Below are positions 45,359 through 55,600 of a stretch of 64,000 nt of DNA, in pieces. The position numbers and the translations under genes are program-made. Within the stretch, counting starts at the first letter, position 1. The number at the start of each line of letters is the position of its first letter. This DNA comes from an uncultured Planctomycetaceae bacterium (GTDB lineage Bacteria; Planctomycetota; Phycisphaerae; SM23-33). The notes below the pieces were generated by a model, which made no database searches, was not told where the DNA came from, and worked only from the letters and a program-made list of their open reading frames with translations. The DNA lies in NCBI GenBank assembly GCA_964428895.1, contig CAYRZU010000004.1:16381-80380 (forward strand), read 5' to 3'.

Positions 45359-46360
45359 TCAGCTCTTGCTCGCCAAGTCGATCGCCAGATGGATGGCCGC
45401 TTTCATGCTGGATGCGTCGGCGCGCCCCTTGCCGGCGATGTCGAAAGCCGTGCCGTGATCGGGCGAGGTCCGTACGATGGGCAAGCCCAGCGTCAGATTC
45501 ACCGCGTCCTGCCAGGCCAACAGCTTGATGGGAATCAGCCCCTGATCGTGGTACATCGCGATGACGCAGTCATACTGCCCCGCCAGGGCCTTGAGATAGA
45601 CGGTGTCCGCCGGAAACGGCCCGGCTGCATCGATGCCGGCCTCGTTGGCCATCAGCACCGCGGGGGTGATGACGCGCTGCTCTTCGTCACCGAATCGGCC
45701 GGCTTCGCCGGCGTGCGGGTTCAGGCCGCACACCGCAATCCGCGGGGCTTCCACGCCAAACCACCGGCGCAGCGCGCTGTGGGCCAGATCGATTGGATTG
45801 AAGACACACCCGATGGTGAACCGATTGCGAAGCTCAAATAGGGCCTCGTGAATGGTCGCCAGCACCACCCGCAGTTGCGGGGCCACGAACATCATGGCCA
45901 CGTGACGAGCCTTGAACCGGTCGGCCAGTAGTTCGGTGTGGCCCGGGAATTTCTTCTGGCCCGCCTCCTGCCACGAGGTCTTGGAGATCGGCGCCGTCAC
46001 GATGGCGTCAACCAGGCCCACCTTTGCCGCCTCGATGGCGCCTTCGCAGAACGCCAACGACGCTTGCCCGCCGATCTTGCTGGGCCCGCGCGGCATGGCC
46101 GCCGGCAGGGAGAACTCGTCGTAGTCCAGCACCACCACGTTCTCGCTGTAACGGCGAATGTCTTCGTGGTGGTCGCGGATGAAGGGCCAGTCCACCTCCA
46201 GCATGTCGGAGGTGTAGGTCAATTGCTCGGAAAGGCCGAACACGATGAACCGCGCGGCGTTGCGCAGTTCGTCGTCGGCCAGGGACCGAACGATGATCTC
46301 CGCGCCGACACCGCACGGATCGCCCATCGTGATGCCGATTGTGGGGCGAGAGTCACTCAT
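45359..46360 (-). CDS. pdxA: 4-hydroxythreonine-4-phosphate dehydrogenase
   Basis: IGITMGDPCGVGAEI, PGHTELL, CGLNPHAGE and AMYHDQGLIP...TSPDHGTAFDIAGKG are all conserved PdxA blocks. Confidence 0.85.
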   Translation of the reverse strand: MSDSRPTIGITMGDPCGVGAEIIVRSLADDELRNAARFIVFGLSEQLTYTSDMLEVDWPFIRDHHEDIRRYSENVVVLDYDEFSLPAAMPRGPSKIGGQASLAFCEGAIEAAKVGLVDAIVTAPISKTSWQEAGQKKFPGHTELLADRFKARHVAMMFVAPQLRVVLATIHEALFELRNRFTIGCVFNPIDLAHSALRRWFGVEAPRIAVCGLNPHAGEAGRFGDEEQRVITPAVLMANEAGIDAAGPFPADTVYLKALAGQYDCVIAMYHDQGLIPIKLLAWQDAVNLTLGLPIVRTSPDHGTAFDIAGKGRADASSMKAAIHLAIDLASKS

Positions 46361-46396
46361 TCGCCAAATGCCTCGGGTTAGCGCAGCCGGGCCACA

Positions 46397-47032
46397 TCAG
46401 CAGAAGCCGGCCTCCCGGAGCTTGTCCAGCGTCAGCCCCTCGCCGCCGGCCAATTGCTGGAGGAATCGCTGCACGTACTTGCCGATCAGGTCGGTCTCGA
46501 TGTTCACGCGGGCACCAACAGCCAGATCGGCCAGCGTGGTCTCCGCCAGGGTGGTCGGAATCAGCGAGACTCGAAAGCCGTCCGCCGTCAGCTCAGCCAC
46601 GGTCAGCGACACGCCGTCGACGGCGACCGAGCCCTTGGGGATCAGCCCGCCGAGAACGTCGGCGCCGCGGAAGGAAATGTCCCAGCGGTCGCCGCGTTGG
46701 ATCTCGGCAACCTCGGCCATCCCGTCCACGTGCCCCTGCACCAAGTGGCCGTCCAGTCGCCCGTTCAAGGCCAGGGCCGGTTCGAGGTTGACCTTCGCCC
46801 CCGGCTGCAGCGCGCCGAGCGTGGTCGTGTCCAGCGTTTGGGCCATCACGTCGAATTCGGCCACAGGCCCGGCCAACTGCGAAGCCGTCAAGCACACGCC
46901 GCTGACGGCCACGCTGTCGCCATGGCCCAACCCCTCGACCAGCGGGCCGAGGTCAATCCTTAGTCGCTTGCCGCCAGCGGCCGGGCCAACGGACTGAACC
47001 GAGCCGACATGTCGGACAATTCCGGTGAACAT
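46397..47032 (-). CDS. ribE: Riboflavin synthase (alpha subunit)
   Basis: MFTGIV N-terminus; two lumazine-binding repeats (SVAVSGVCLTAS and SVAVDGVSLTVA). Confidence 0.85.
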   Translation of the reverse strand: MFTGIVRHVGSVQSVGPAAGGKRLRIDLGPLVEGLGHGDSVAVSGVCLTASQLAGPVAEFDVMAQTLDTTTLGALQPGAKVNLEPALALNGRLDGHLVQGHVDGMAEVAEIQRGDRWDISFRGADVLGGLIPKGSVAVDGVSLTVAELTADGFRVSLIPTTLAETTLADLAVGARVNIETDLIGKYVQRFLQQLAGGEGLTLDKLREAGFC

Positions 47033-47164
47033 GCCCCCATGCTACCGGACCCCACGAGCGGGGGAAACCAAAACCGTCTCCTACGGCCCGTCCCTTTGCC
47101 GCCGCTCGACCAGACCCGTATAATTCACTGTCTATTCGAACGCTGTGGCGAAAGAGGGTGGTCC

Positions 47165-48100
47165 ATGATCGACGTCGGCAAGTTGCGGGCCCTGCACGAG
47201 AACGTTGCCTCCGTGCTGCTGGGCAAGGATGAGGCCATTGAACAAGTGCTGGTGGCCCTGTTGGCCTGCGGGCACGTGCTGCTGGAGGATGTCCCGGGCG
47301 TGGGCAAGACCATTCTCGGCCGCGCCATCGCGCGCAGCGTCGACTGCCCCTTCAGTCGCATTCAGCTAACGCCCGACCTCTTGCCGTCGGACATTCTCGG
47401 GGTCAGCGTCTACGACCCCGCCAACGCCGAGTTCACCTTCAAGCCAGGGCCGATCTTCTCGAACATCATCCTGGCCGACGAGATCAACCGGACCACCCCG
47501 CGCACCCAAAGCGCCATGCTGGAGGCCATGAACGAAGCCCAGGTCTCCGCGGACGGGCGCACCTACCCGCTGGGCCCTCCCTTCATGGTGCTGGCCACGC
47601 AGAACCCGTATGAGTTCGAAGGCACCTACTTTCTGCCTGAAAACCAACTCGACCGCTTCATGCTCCGCGTTCGGATCGGCTATCCGGAAAAGGACGTCGA
47701 GCGCGACATTCTGCGGACCGAGCCGGCCCGGACGCGCCTGGGCGAGCTTCAGCCGGTCATGTCGGCGGCGGAGTTGGCCGTGATTCAAGAGGAGGTCGTC
47801 ACCGTCCGCCTCGACGACGTCATTTACGATTACGTGCTGGCCATCGCCGAGGCCACCCGCCGTAGCGAGGACCTGACGCTGGGCCTGAGTCCCCGCGGCT
47901 CGCTGGCGCTGGTCCAGGCCGCTCGCGGCGCCGCCGCCCTGGACGGGCGCGACTTCGTGGCGCCCGACGACGTCAAGCGCCTCGCCCCCGGCGTGTGTGC
48001 CCACCGCATTCAGGCCCGGTCGCTAATCGACAGCGGATCGGCCACCGGAGCCGAGGCGATTTTCCAGCACATCCTCGAGACCGTTCCCGCACCCCAGTAG
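47165..48100 (+). CDS. MoxR-family AAA+ ATPase
   Basis: LLEDVPGVGKT is the Walker A motif, ILADEINR is the Walker B motif, and VLATQNP is also present. The start is placed at MIDVGKLRALHE (47165) rather than the track start 47009, which would overlap the ribE start codon. Confidence 0.8.
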   Translation: MIDVGKLRALHENVASVLLGKDEAIEQVLVALLACGHVLLEDVPGVGKTILGRAIARSVDCPFSRIQLTPDLLPSDILGVSVYDPANAEFTFKPGPIFSNIILADEINRTTPRTQSAMLEAMNEAQVSADGRTYPLGPPFMVLATQNPYEFEGTYFLPENQLDRFMLRVRIGYPEKDVERDILRTEPARTRLGELQPVMSAAELAVIQEEVVTVRLDDVIYDYVLAIAEATRRSEDLTLGLSPRGSLALVQAARGAAALDGRDFVAPDDVKRLAPGVCAHRIQARSLIDSGSATGAEAIFQHILETVPAPQ

Positions 48101-48115
48101 TCCCGGAGGCATTCG

Positions 48116-49273
48116 GTGGCCCGCGACCGCACAGCGCGACGACGCTATCGCAACGGGGGTCGGCTGACCGCCGCGGGGTGGGTCTACGGCATCATCTGGG
48201 GCATCATGCTGACCGCGGCGGTTCGCAACGACGCGGCCGTGGCGCTGCTGCTGCTAGGGGCCATGTTCGGGGCGCTGGCGGTGTCGGCCTTTGCCGCCGG
48301 GCGAACGGTCCGCGCCGTGCGCGCCACGCGCGAAGCGCCGGATCGCGTCTGGCAGGGCCAAACCGTTCACATGAGTTACTTCCTGGCCAACCGCAGCCGG
48401 TGGTCTTCCTGCATGGGCCTGACCTTGCGCGACCTTCCCCAAAAGGCCCTAGACGCCGCGTCCGGCTACTGCGCCCACCTGCCCGCCCGAGGCCAATTCC
48501 GTAGCGGCGCCCGCTTTGTGGCGCTGCGCCGCGGGCGAATCCGTCTCGACGGCATCGAGATCAGTACGGGCTTTCCGTTCGGCCTGATCCGAGCGTGGCG
48601 ACGCACGCTCGAGCCGGCCAACCTGATCGTTTGGCCCGCTCGGGGAGAACTACGGGCCGAGCTGTTCCGCCGCGGCGCCGCGGAGGTCTCCTCGGCCAGG
48701 CCCAGCCCGATCTCGGGCGGCCAGGATGAATTCTTCGGCCTGCGCGAGTTCCGCGAGGATGACAACCCGCGCCTGATTCACTGGAAGCGGTCGGCCGGCC
48801 GACATCGGCCCCTCGTCCGGGAGATGGCCCGCCCGGTCCCGGACGTGCTATTCCTGATCGTCGATACCGCCCCCTCGGATTCCGCGGCTGCCGATCTCGA
48901 GAAGGTGCTCCGCTTGGGGGCCACCCTGATCGACCACGCCATGACACGCGGGTACCAGGTCGGGTTGGCCCTGGCCAACGGGAAGGGGATCCAGACCTTG
49001 CCGCCCGCCACCGGCCGAGCCCAACTGCGAGACCTCCTGGACGTCCTGGCCGACATCGGTGGCCAGGCCGCCTCCCTGGCCCAGACCCTCGCCGCCGTGA
49101 GGCCGGCTTGGCTGACCCACGCCCAGGTGGTGGTTGTCAGCGCCCACGAAGCCCCCCTGGATCCCCGAGCGTCGGTCGCCCTGGCCGGGCGGGCCGGGCA
49201 CCTGACCGTCATTGGTGGGCCCGAACAGATCGATCGCGTCTTCGCCGACGCGCCGCTTCCGGAGGCGCCCTAA
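48116..49273 (+). CDS. DUF58 protein (MoxR partner; vWA-like)
   Basis: N-terminal TM helices are followed by the DUF58 motif DEFFGLREFREDDNPRLIHWKRSAGRHRPLVRE. The stop codon overlaps the next gene's start (TAATG). Confidence 0.75.
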   Translation: MARDRTARRRYRNGGRLTAAGWVYGIIWGIMLTAAVRNDAAVALLLLGAMFGALAVSAFAAGRTVRAVRATREAPDRVWQGQTVHMSYFLANRSRWSSCMGLTLRDLPQKALDAASGYCAHLPARGQFRSGARFVALRRGRIRLDGIEISTGFPFGLIRAWRRTLEPANLIVWPARGELRAELFRRGAAEVSSARPSPISGGQDEFFGLREFREDDNPRLIHWKRSAGRHRPLVREMARPVPDVLFLIVDTAPSDSAAADLEKVLRLGATLIDHAMTRGYQVGLALANGKGIQTLPPATGRAQLRDLLDVLADIGGQAASLAQTLAAVRPAWLTHAQVVVVSAHEAPLDPRASVALAGRAGHLTVIGGPEQIDRVFADAPLPEAP

Positions 49274-51528
49274 TGCCGGTCCGCAGCTTCGCCAAAGCCG
49301 AGATCGTCCTCAAGGCCCGGCGGCGCCTGGAGGTGCCTCTCCTGCTGATGGTCTGGCTATCGCTGGCCATGTTCGCCATCGCCGACCAGAGCCCTACCTT
49401 CCTACTAGCCGCCACGGCGGTGGCGGGGGGCAACCTCGTCGCCGCCACCCGAGGCAAGGAGATCTTCCTCTACCGCCACTTCGTTAACGCGTTGGTTCTC
49501 GGCGGCGGGCTGCTGTTCATCATTGAAAGCCTCAACGACGAATCCCTCGCCACCCTCAGCGCTGGGGGGCTGCCGCTGCGAGCGATCACGCACTTCATTA
49601 TGGTCATCCAGATGTGCAAGCTCCTGGAGCGCAAGCGAAATCGTGATTACTCGCAGATGCTGATCCTGTCGTTCCTGACGGTGTTGTCCGGCTCGCTCAT
49701 CTGCGAACTGCTCTGGTATGGGTTAGCGGGGCTGGTATACGTGGCGTTGGCGTGCTATGTGGGCATGGCCCTGACGATCAAGCGCGGGCTGGACCGGTCG
49801 GCCCAGACCCAGTTGATCAATGAGGCCACCCCGCCGCCGACCGATCAAGTCGCCTGGAACGCCATCCGCGAATGGCCCAGCCGAGTGCTGCGACGGCGAC
49901 TGGTGACCACGCTGGCATTCCTGTTGGTGTGTGGGACGCTGTGGTTCACCGCGGCGCCGCGCCTGGAGCAGGTCATGGAACCTCTCGCGGCGCGCGGGCT
50001 CAGCGCCCTGACGGGCCTGGGCTCCACCGTTCGCCTCGGCGACGCCCGCAAGGTCTACCAATCCAATCGCGTGGTCATGCGGATCGGGTTCGACGACGAT
50101 GCCGCTTATCGCCCCCAGTACTTTTGCGCCGCTACGGCCACGACCTACGAGAACTCCGGTTGGGCGATCGATCTGCCCGCCGTCGGTGCCGGCCCACAGT
50201 CCGAAATTGCCCCGCCACCCGACCTACTCGCCGGTGCCGTGCGGCAGCGCGTGTCCATGCGGCCTAATCTGCTGCCGAGCCTACCGGCGGCCTACCCTGT
50301 CATCGGCGCCACCACCTCCGCCGGGCGTACGCGCCTTACGCGGGCCGGCACGCTGATCGTTAGCGGGGAGATCGTTCACAGCGGGCACCTGACGTACACC
50401 GCCTGGTCCTGGTCGCAGCCGCTCTCCACCAACCAGCGCGAGCACCTGGCCCGGCGTCGAGAGCAGATAGGGATGGCCGTCGATCTGCCCAACGTGACCG
50501 AACACCTGTCGCCCGCGGTGGCCCAGCTGGCCCGCCAGTGGTGCGCCGATCTGCTGGACCAACGCGCCGCCGATCCGACCCGCCACGACGAGCTGGACCT
50601 GGCCATCGCTCGGCGAATCTCGCAACGCCTTAGCCAAGACTACCTCTACACCCTCGATCTGAGTGGCGCCGATCCCGATCGCGACGGGGTCGAGGACTTC
50701 TTGTTCCACATGAAGCGGGGCCATTGCGAGTACTTCGCCTCGGCCCTGACCGTCATGTGCCAAGCCCTGAACGTTCGGGCCCGCTTGGCGATGGGCTTTC
50801 GATCCGACGAGATCGATCGCGCCACCAGGGAGACCATTGTTCGCGACCGCGACGCCCACGCCTGGTGCCAGGTCTTCACGCCGTCGACGGACTTCGTCAC
50901 CGTTGACCCCTCACCCGCCAGCGCCAGGGAGTCGGCCTCCGGTTCCTGGTGGGTTCGTCTGTCGCACTTCTGGAGCCGGCTGCAATTCCTCTGGTCCGAG
51001 CACGTCATCGGCTACGACGCCCTCGCCCGCCAGCGCCTCACCGAACGCCTTCGCCGAAACCTGACGGCCCTGGTCGCCCAGGCGCGATCTATGCTCGCCG
51101 ACGCTCGAAAGAGCCTGCACGATCTGGCCGTCTACGGAAAAGTCGACGTCTTCATCATGCGGCTGATGTACGTGGTGTTCGCCCTGACCGGCGTGGTGGG
51201 GGTGTTGGTACTCGGGCAGGTCCTGCTGCGTCGACATCGGCGCCAGCGCGCTTATCGGGCCGGCACGGCCGTGCCGCCGGCGCATTTGGCCTTCATGCGG
51301 CGTGTGTTGAAGCGCCTGGATGCCCGTGGGTTGGCGCACCTTCCCCACCAAACGCCGCGGGAACGCCTGGCCCAGGCCGTCCGGCGGTTCGATCTGCCCG
51401 CCGACCAGGTCGACGCCCTGGTGAGTTTCTACTATCGCCTGCGATGGGGGGGCCTACGGGCGTCGGCCCAGCAGTTGGCCCATGCCGATCGGCAGGCCGA
51501 TGACCTGATCGCCCGTCTCCAGCGGTGA
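49273..51528 (+). CDS. Transglutaminase-like domain membrane protein
   Basis: Multiple N-terminal TM helices. The transglutaminase core GHCEYFASALTVMCQALNVRARLAMGF...DAHAWCQVF carries the Cys-His-Asp triad, and there is a C-terminal TM segment. The start is at MPVRSF (49273, TAATG coupling with the DUF58 gene); the tracked ORF from 49108 is an in-frame overlap artefact. Confidence 0.75.
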   Translation: MPVRSFAKAEIVLKARRRLEVPLLLMVWLSLAMFAIADQSPTFLLAATAVAGGNLVAATRGKEIFLYRHFVNALVLGGGLLFIIESLNDESLATLSAGGLPLRAITHFIMVIQMCKLLERKRNRDYSQMLILSFLTVLSGSLICELLWYGLAGLVYVALACYVGMALTIKRGLDRSAQTQLINEATPPPTDQVAWNAIREWPSRVLRRRLVTTLAFLLVCGTLWFTAAPRLEQVMEPLAARGLSALTGLGSTVRLGDARKVYQSNRVVMRIGFDDDAAYRPQYFCAATATTYENSGWAIDLPAVGAGPQSEIAPPPDLLAGAVRQRVSMRPNLLPSLPAAYPVIGATTSAGRTRLTRAGTLIVSGEIVHSGHLTYTAWSWSQPLSTNQREHLARRREQIGMAVDLPNVTEHLSPAVAQLARQWCADLLDQRAADPTRHDELDLAIARRISQRLSQDYLYTLDLSGADPDRDGVEDFLFHMKRGHCEYFASALTVMCQALNVRARLAMGFRSDEIDRATRETIVRDRDAHAWCQVFTPSTDFVTVDPSPASARESASGSWWVRLSHFWSRLQFLWSEHVIGYDALARQRLTERLRRNLTALVAQARSMLADARKSLHDLAVYGKVDVFIMRLMYVVFALTGVVGVLVLGQVLLRRHRRQRAYRAGTAVPPAHLAFMRRVLKRLDARGLAHLPHQTPRERLAQAVRRFDLPADQVDALVSFYYRLRWGGLRASAQQLAHADRQADDLIARLQR

Positions 51529-51613
51529 GGGTGGCCGGGCCGGGGGAGTTTATGTTTGCCCGCCAATGCGGTAGGATAGCCGTCCGTTTGCCCCCCAACC
51601 CCGGGAGACAACC

Positions 51614-52669
51614 ATGCGAGTGGCGCTGGTAGGCCCACCCCAATCCGGAAAGAGCACGCTCTTTGCAGCGGTCGCCGAGGCTGGCGGCTCGCACGTGGAC
51701 CTTTCGCGCCCGGATCAGCCGCACCTGGCGGTGGTCAAGGTGCCCGACCCCCGGGTGGAATGGCTGACCGACCTGTACCACACCACCAAGACGATCTTCG
51801 CCGAGTTGGAGTTCCTGGACGTCCCCGGGTTCGACCTGGCCGATCAGGCCGGCCACGCCCGGGCCCAAACCCATTGGTCCGCCCTGCGCCAGTGCGACAC
51901 GATGCTCCTGGTCCTCCGGACCTTTGACGATGATTCCGTCCCCCCCTATCGCAACCGCATCGACCCCGCCGCCGACCTGGACGAACTGCGCGCAGAGATG
52001 CTCTTCGCCGATCTCGATCAGGTGACCAACCGCATCGAGAAACTCTCCCAGGCCGTCAAGAAGCCCACCCCCAAGCGCGACGAGCAACAACGTGAGTTGG
52101 CCCTGATGCAACGGCTGTCCGAGACCCTCGAGAACGAACAGCCCATCTCCGAGGCGGTCGCCAACGACGCCGAGGATAAGCTCATTCGCAGTTTCGCCTT
52201 CCTGTCTCGCATGCCCACGCTGGTGGTCCTCAACGGCAACGAAGACCAGCTCGCCGGCCCCACCGACGACGACACCATCCGCCTGTCGGCGCCGATCGAG
52301 AAGGAAATCGCCGAACTGCCGGCCGAAGATCGGGCCGTCTTCCTGGCCGACCTGGGTGTGGGCGCCGCCGCCCGCAATCGCCTGATCCAGGCCTGCTACC
52401 GCCGCCTGGACCTGGTCAGCTTCCTGACCCACGGGGACGACGAGTGTCGTGCCTGGACGGTATCGGCCGGCACGGACGCGGTCACCGCCGCCAGCGAGAT
52501 CCACTCCGACATCGCCCGCGGGTTCATCCGAGCCGAGACCGTCTCCTTTGCCGATTTCCACGCCGCCGGCGACATGAAGGGCGCCCGCGCCGCGGGGAAC
52601 GTTCGCCTGGAAGGCAAGACCTACATTGTGCAGGACGGCGACGTAATCAACTTCCGCTTCAACGTCTGA
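51614..52669 (+). CDS. YchF/Obg-family P-loop ATPase with C-terminal TGS domain (divergent)
   Basis: G1 is GPPQSGKST and G3 is DVPG. The G4-like motif LNGNED resembles the YchF NVNE variant. The C-terminal TGS-like segment is KTYIVQDGDVINFRFNV. Confidence 0.6.
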   Translation: MRVALVGPPQSGKSTLFAAVAEAGGSHVDLSRPDQPHLAVVKVPDPRVEWLTDLYHTTKTIFAELEFLDVPGFDLADQAGHARAQTHWSALRQCDTMLLVLRTFDDDSVPPYRNRIDPAADLDELRAEMLFADLDQVTNRIEKLSQAVKKPTPKRDEQQRELALMQRLSETLENEQPISEAVANDAEDKLIRSFAFLSRMPTLVVLNGNEDQLAGPTDDDTIRLSAPIEKEIAELPAEDRAVFLADLGVGAAARNRLIQACYRRLDLVSFLTHGDDECRAWTVSAGTDAVTAASEIHSDIARGFIRAETVSFADFHAAGDMKGARAAGNVRLEGKTYIVQDGDVINFRFNV

Positions 52670-52681
52670 CCGACTCCCCTT

Positions 52682-55600
52682 ATGGACGCTGCCAAGCCCA
52701 AGACCCGACGCCGATGGCGACCGTGGTGGCAGATCGCCATCCGCACCACGGTCTTTGCGGTGATGTTTCTGATCGCTGCGTATATCTCGCTGCCATGGTG
52801 GGCCCCCACGGGTCTGCTGCGGCGGCAGCTCGCCGCGGACCTGGCCGAACAAACCGGCGCGCCCGTTCAGATCGATCGTCTCTCGCTCAGTTGGCGCGAG
52901 GGGGTCACACTGCTGGGGCTTCAGATCGATTCCCCGGACGGCTTCGACGAAGGCCCCATGCTCCGCGTGGAGCGCATCCAGGCGGACCTGGCCCCGTTGC
53001 GGTACCTGCTGACCAAACGAATCAGTTGGATGGAAATCGAGCGCCCGGTGCTAATCGCCCAGGTCAACGACGCCTGGGAGACCAACGTTACCGCGCTTCA
53101 AGGGCTGATGTCGGCCGCTCAAGCCCAGCGTATCAGCGTCAACCGCGCCACCGGCGTCCTTGTCTTGCCAGGGCAGGCCCGCCAGCAGATGGACGTAGGG
53201 CACATGCAGTTCGAGGCCGGTCACTTGGCTTCGATCGGCCACGTCAGCGTCGCCGGATCGCTGCAACAGGACGAACAGGACGCGCCGATCAGTCTCCAAG
53301 TCGATGGCGGACGCCCCGGCGATCCCGTAGCCGTCCGCGCCGACGTTCAGTTCACCGACGTCCGACTGGGGCAACTGCCCCTGGCCAGATTCCTACCGGC
53401 AGCCATCGAGCAACTCGACGGGCGGTGCAGCGGCTCGGCCCACGTGCAGGTGAACCGCCGTGGCCAAGCCGACCAGATCGGCCTGGACCTCGTGATTCAG
53501 GATCTGCTGGTTGATCCGGCGGACATGGACCCCATGCCGACCGTGCCCACCGCCGCTTTGCACGTCGACGCCGCGTTTGACCCGCTTCTCGGGCCCGGCC
53601 ACCTGGTGGTGCGGGAGCTGACCGTCAAGCTCCCCGATGCGGTCGACCTGACCGGGCAGATGACGCTGTTCGCCGGCGCCCTGGCCGGCGACTGGCAAAG
53701 CGTCCAGGGCATTCATCTGGAAGGAGAGGTCGACCCGTCCCGCCTGGCTGCCATGTTGCGGGGCCAGGGAGAATTGGCCCCCGCAGGCCTGAGTGTCGAC
53801 GGCGCGGTGACGTTCTCGTTCGACGTCGACCACGCGGGGGCGACCCTCAATCTCCAACTGGAGGCCCGGGCCCCCGAGGCCGTCATCGTCCGAAACGGAC
53901 ACACCCTCAAGCCGGCCGGGCGCGACCTGGCCATGGGCCTGGCCCTGAGCCTCGATTCGCGCACCTGGGCCTGCCAGGTCGACCAGGCGACCCTCTCCCT
54001 GGGCAACAACTCCCTGGGCGGCGCCGGAACCGTTGCTGACCTCAGTCGCCTGCTGAGCCGCTGGAAAGACCCCCAACGCGCCACCAGCCTGGCCAAAGAC
54101 CTCCAGGGGCTTCAGTGGCAATGGCAGGGCCGCCTGGCCGATCTGCCCGCCCTGGCGCAGCTGTTTCCCGATCACGCGGGCGCCCTGGCGAAGGTCTCCC
54201 TCGACGGCTACCTGACCGCCTCCGGTTCTCTGGGCCAAACCGGACCGGGCAGCCTGGAGGTCCTGGTCGACGTACCGGGCCAAACCAAGCTGTCGGTCGG
54301 ATCGGCGCTTGTCAAGCACCCCCCCAAGGCCATCAGCTTCCGCCTGGCCGCCCTGGCCGGGGATAACGGCGTCGCGCTGGAGAATATCGACATGGACCTG
54401 ACCACCGGCGCCGGGCGGCTCCGTTGGGACCAGGGCGCCCTGTCGGTGTCGAAGCAAGGCACGGCCCGCGCCAACGGGCGGTTCGAAATCACCCGTTTGG
54501 AGGATTTTCTAGCGTGCATACCGAGCCTGGCCGACCGGCCCGATCTGCTCGGCGGCAGCTTGCAGGGGTCCTGGCAGGCCCTGGTTAAGAACGGGGCCGC
54601 CGACGTCGACGCCGACCTTTCACACATCAGCCTGACCCCGGTCGATAAGACCCAAACCGACCTAGCCAGCCTGACCGGCAGCATCGAGACCCACCTGCAG
54701 CTCGAGCGGGCCGGGCCCCAGACCACGGTGCAGTTCGACATCGACGCCACCGAGCTTGATTTGCGCACCGGCCTGGAAGACGGCCCCCGCAAGACGGCGG
54801 GCCTGCCCCTTCGCCTTCGCGGACAGGCGGCGGTGGCCCATTCGGCCGACGTCGACGCCCGCGTGGAGCAGTTGTCGCTTGAGTTGGCCGGCTCGGCTGT
54901 AACGGTCCGGGACATGGATCTTCACCGGTCGGGGCGCGCCGTCGGCACATTCGAGGCGGTGATTTCCCCGGACGACGGGCTGTCTTCTCTGTGGCCTGAA
55001 GCGGCCCGACTCGTGGCTGAACACGGACTCAGCGGGCAAGCCCATCTCACGGGTGACTTCAGCGTTAGCGACACCCATGTCCAGGTCGCCGCCGACATCG
55101 ACGCCGGGAAGATCGCTCTCGACTCCCCCCTGGGATTCATCAAACCCCCTGAACGACCCCTCCAGGCCCGCGTGGCCGGGCAGTTCGACCGGGCCGACTC
55201 GCTACTGACCGTTACCGTCGATGAGGGCTGGCTGGATCAGATCAACTTCAGTGCTGCCGCAACGTGTGACGTCCAGGCCCGCCGAGCCCGAGGCCGTTTC
55301 GGGGCGCGGACCGACCACGCCCAATCGCTGCTGTCCTTCTGGGCGAATGCGCCCATCGGTCTCGCCGGTGGCGGAGCGGCCCTCAGCGCCGATTGGGAAG
55401 CCGACCGACAAGACATCGCCATCGCCGGCGGCCTGACTGCGGCCGACCTTCTCGTGCCCTTTAAGGGCAAGAATGTCCGTCTCAAGGGCCTGGCCAGTTT
55501 CGTCGCGTCGCTGCAACCGGGCGAGAACATGCTCGAGCTGTCGGCCCTCGCTCTGGATGGGTTCGAGTTTGAGGTGGGCCAATCGCGCGGCTGGCTGGTC

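Noticed and set aside
49108-51528. The 806-aa version of the transglutaminase-like ORF, and the 47009 start of moxR, the 8563 start of asd, the 289 start of GH95, the 28723 start of the methyltransferase and the 38260 start of dnaJ.
   Set aside because: These upstream extensions overlap neighbouring genes or lack homology. Conserved N-termini and overlap logic support the internal ATGs chosen in the feature list.
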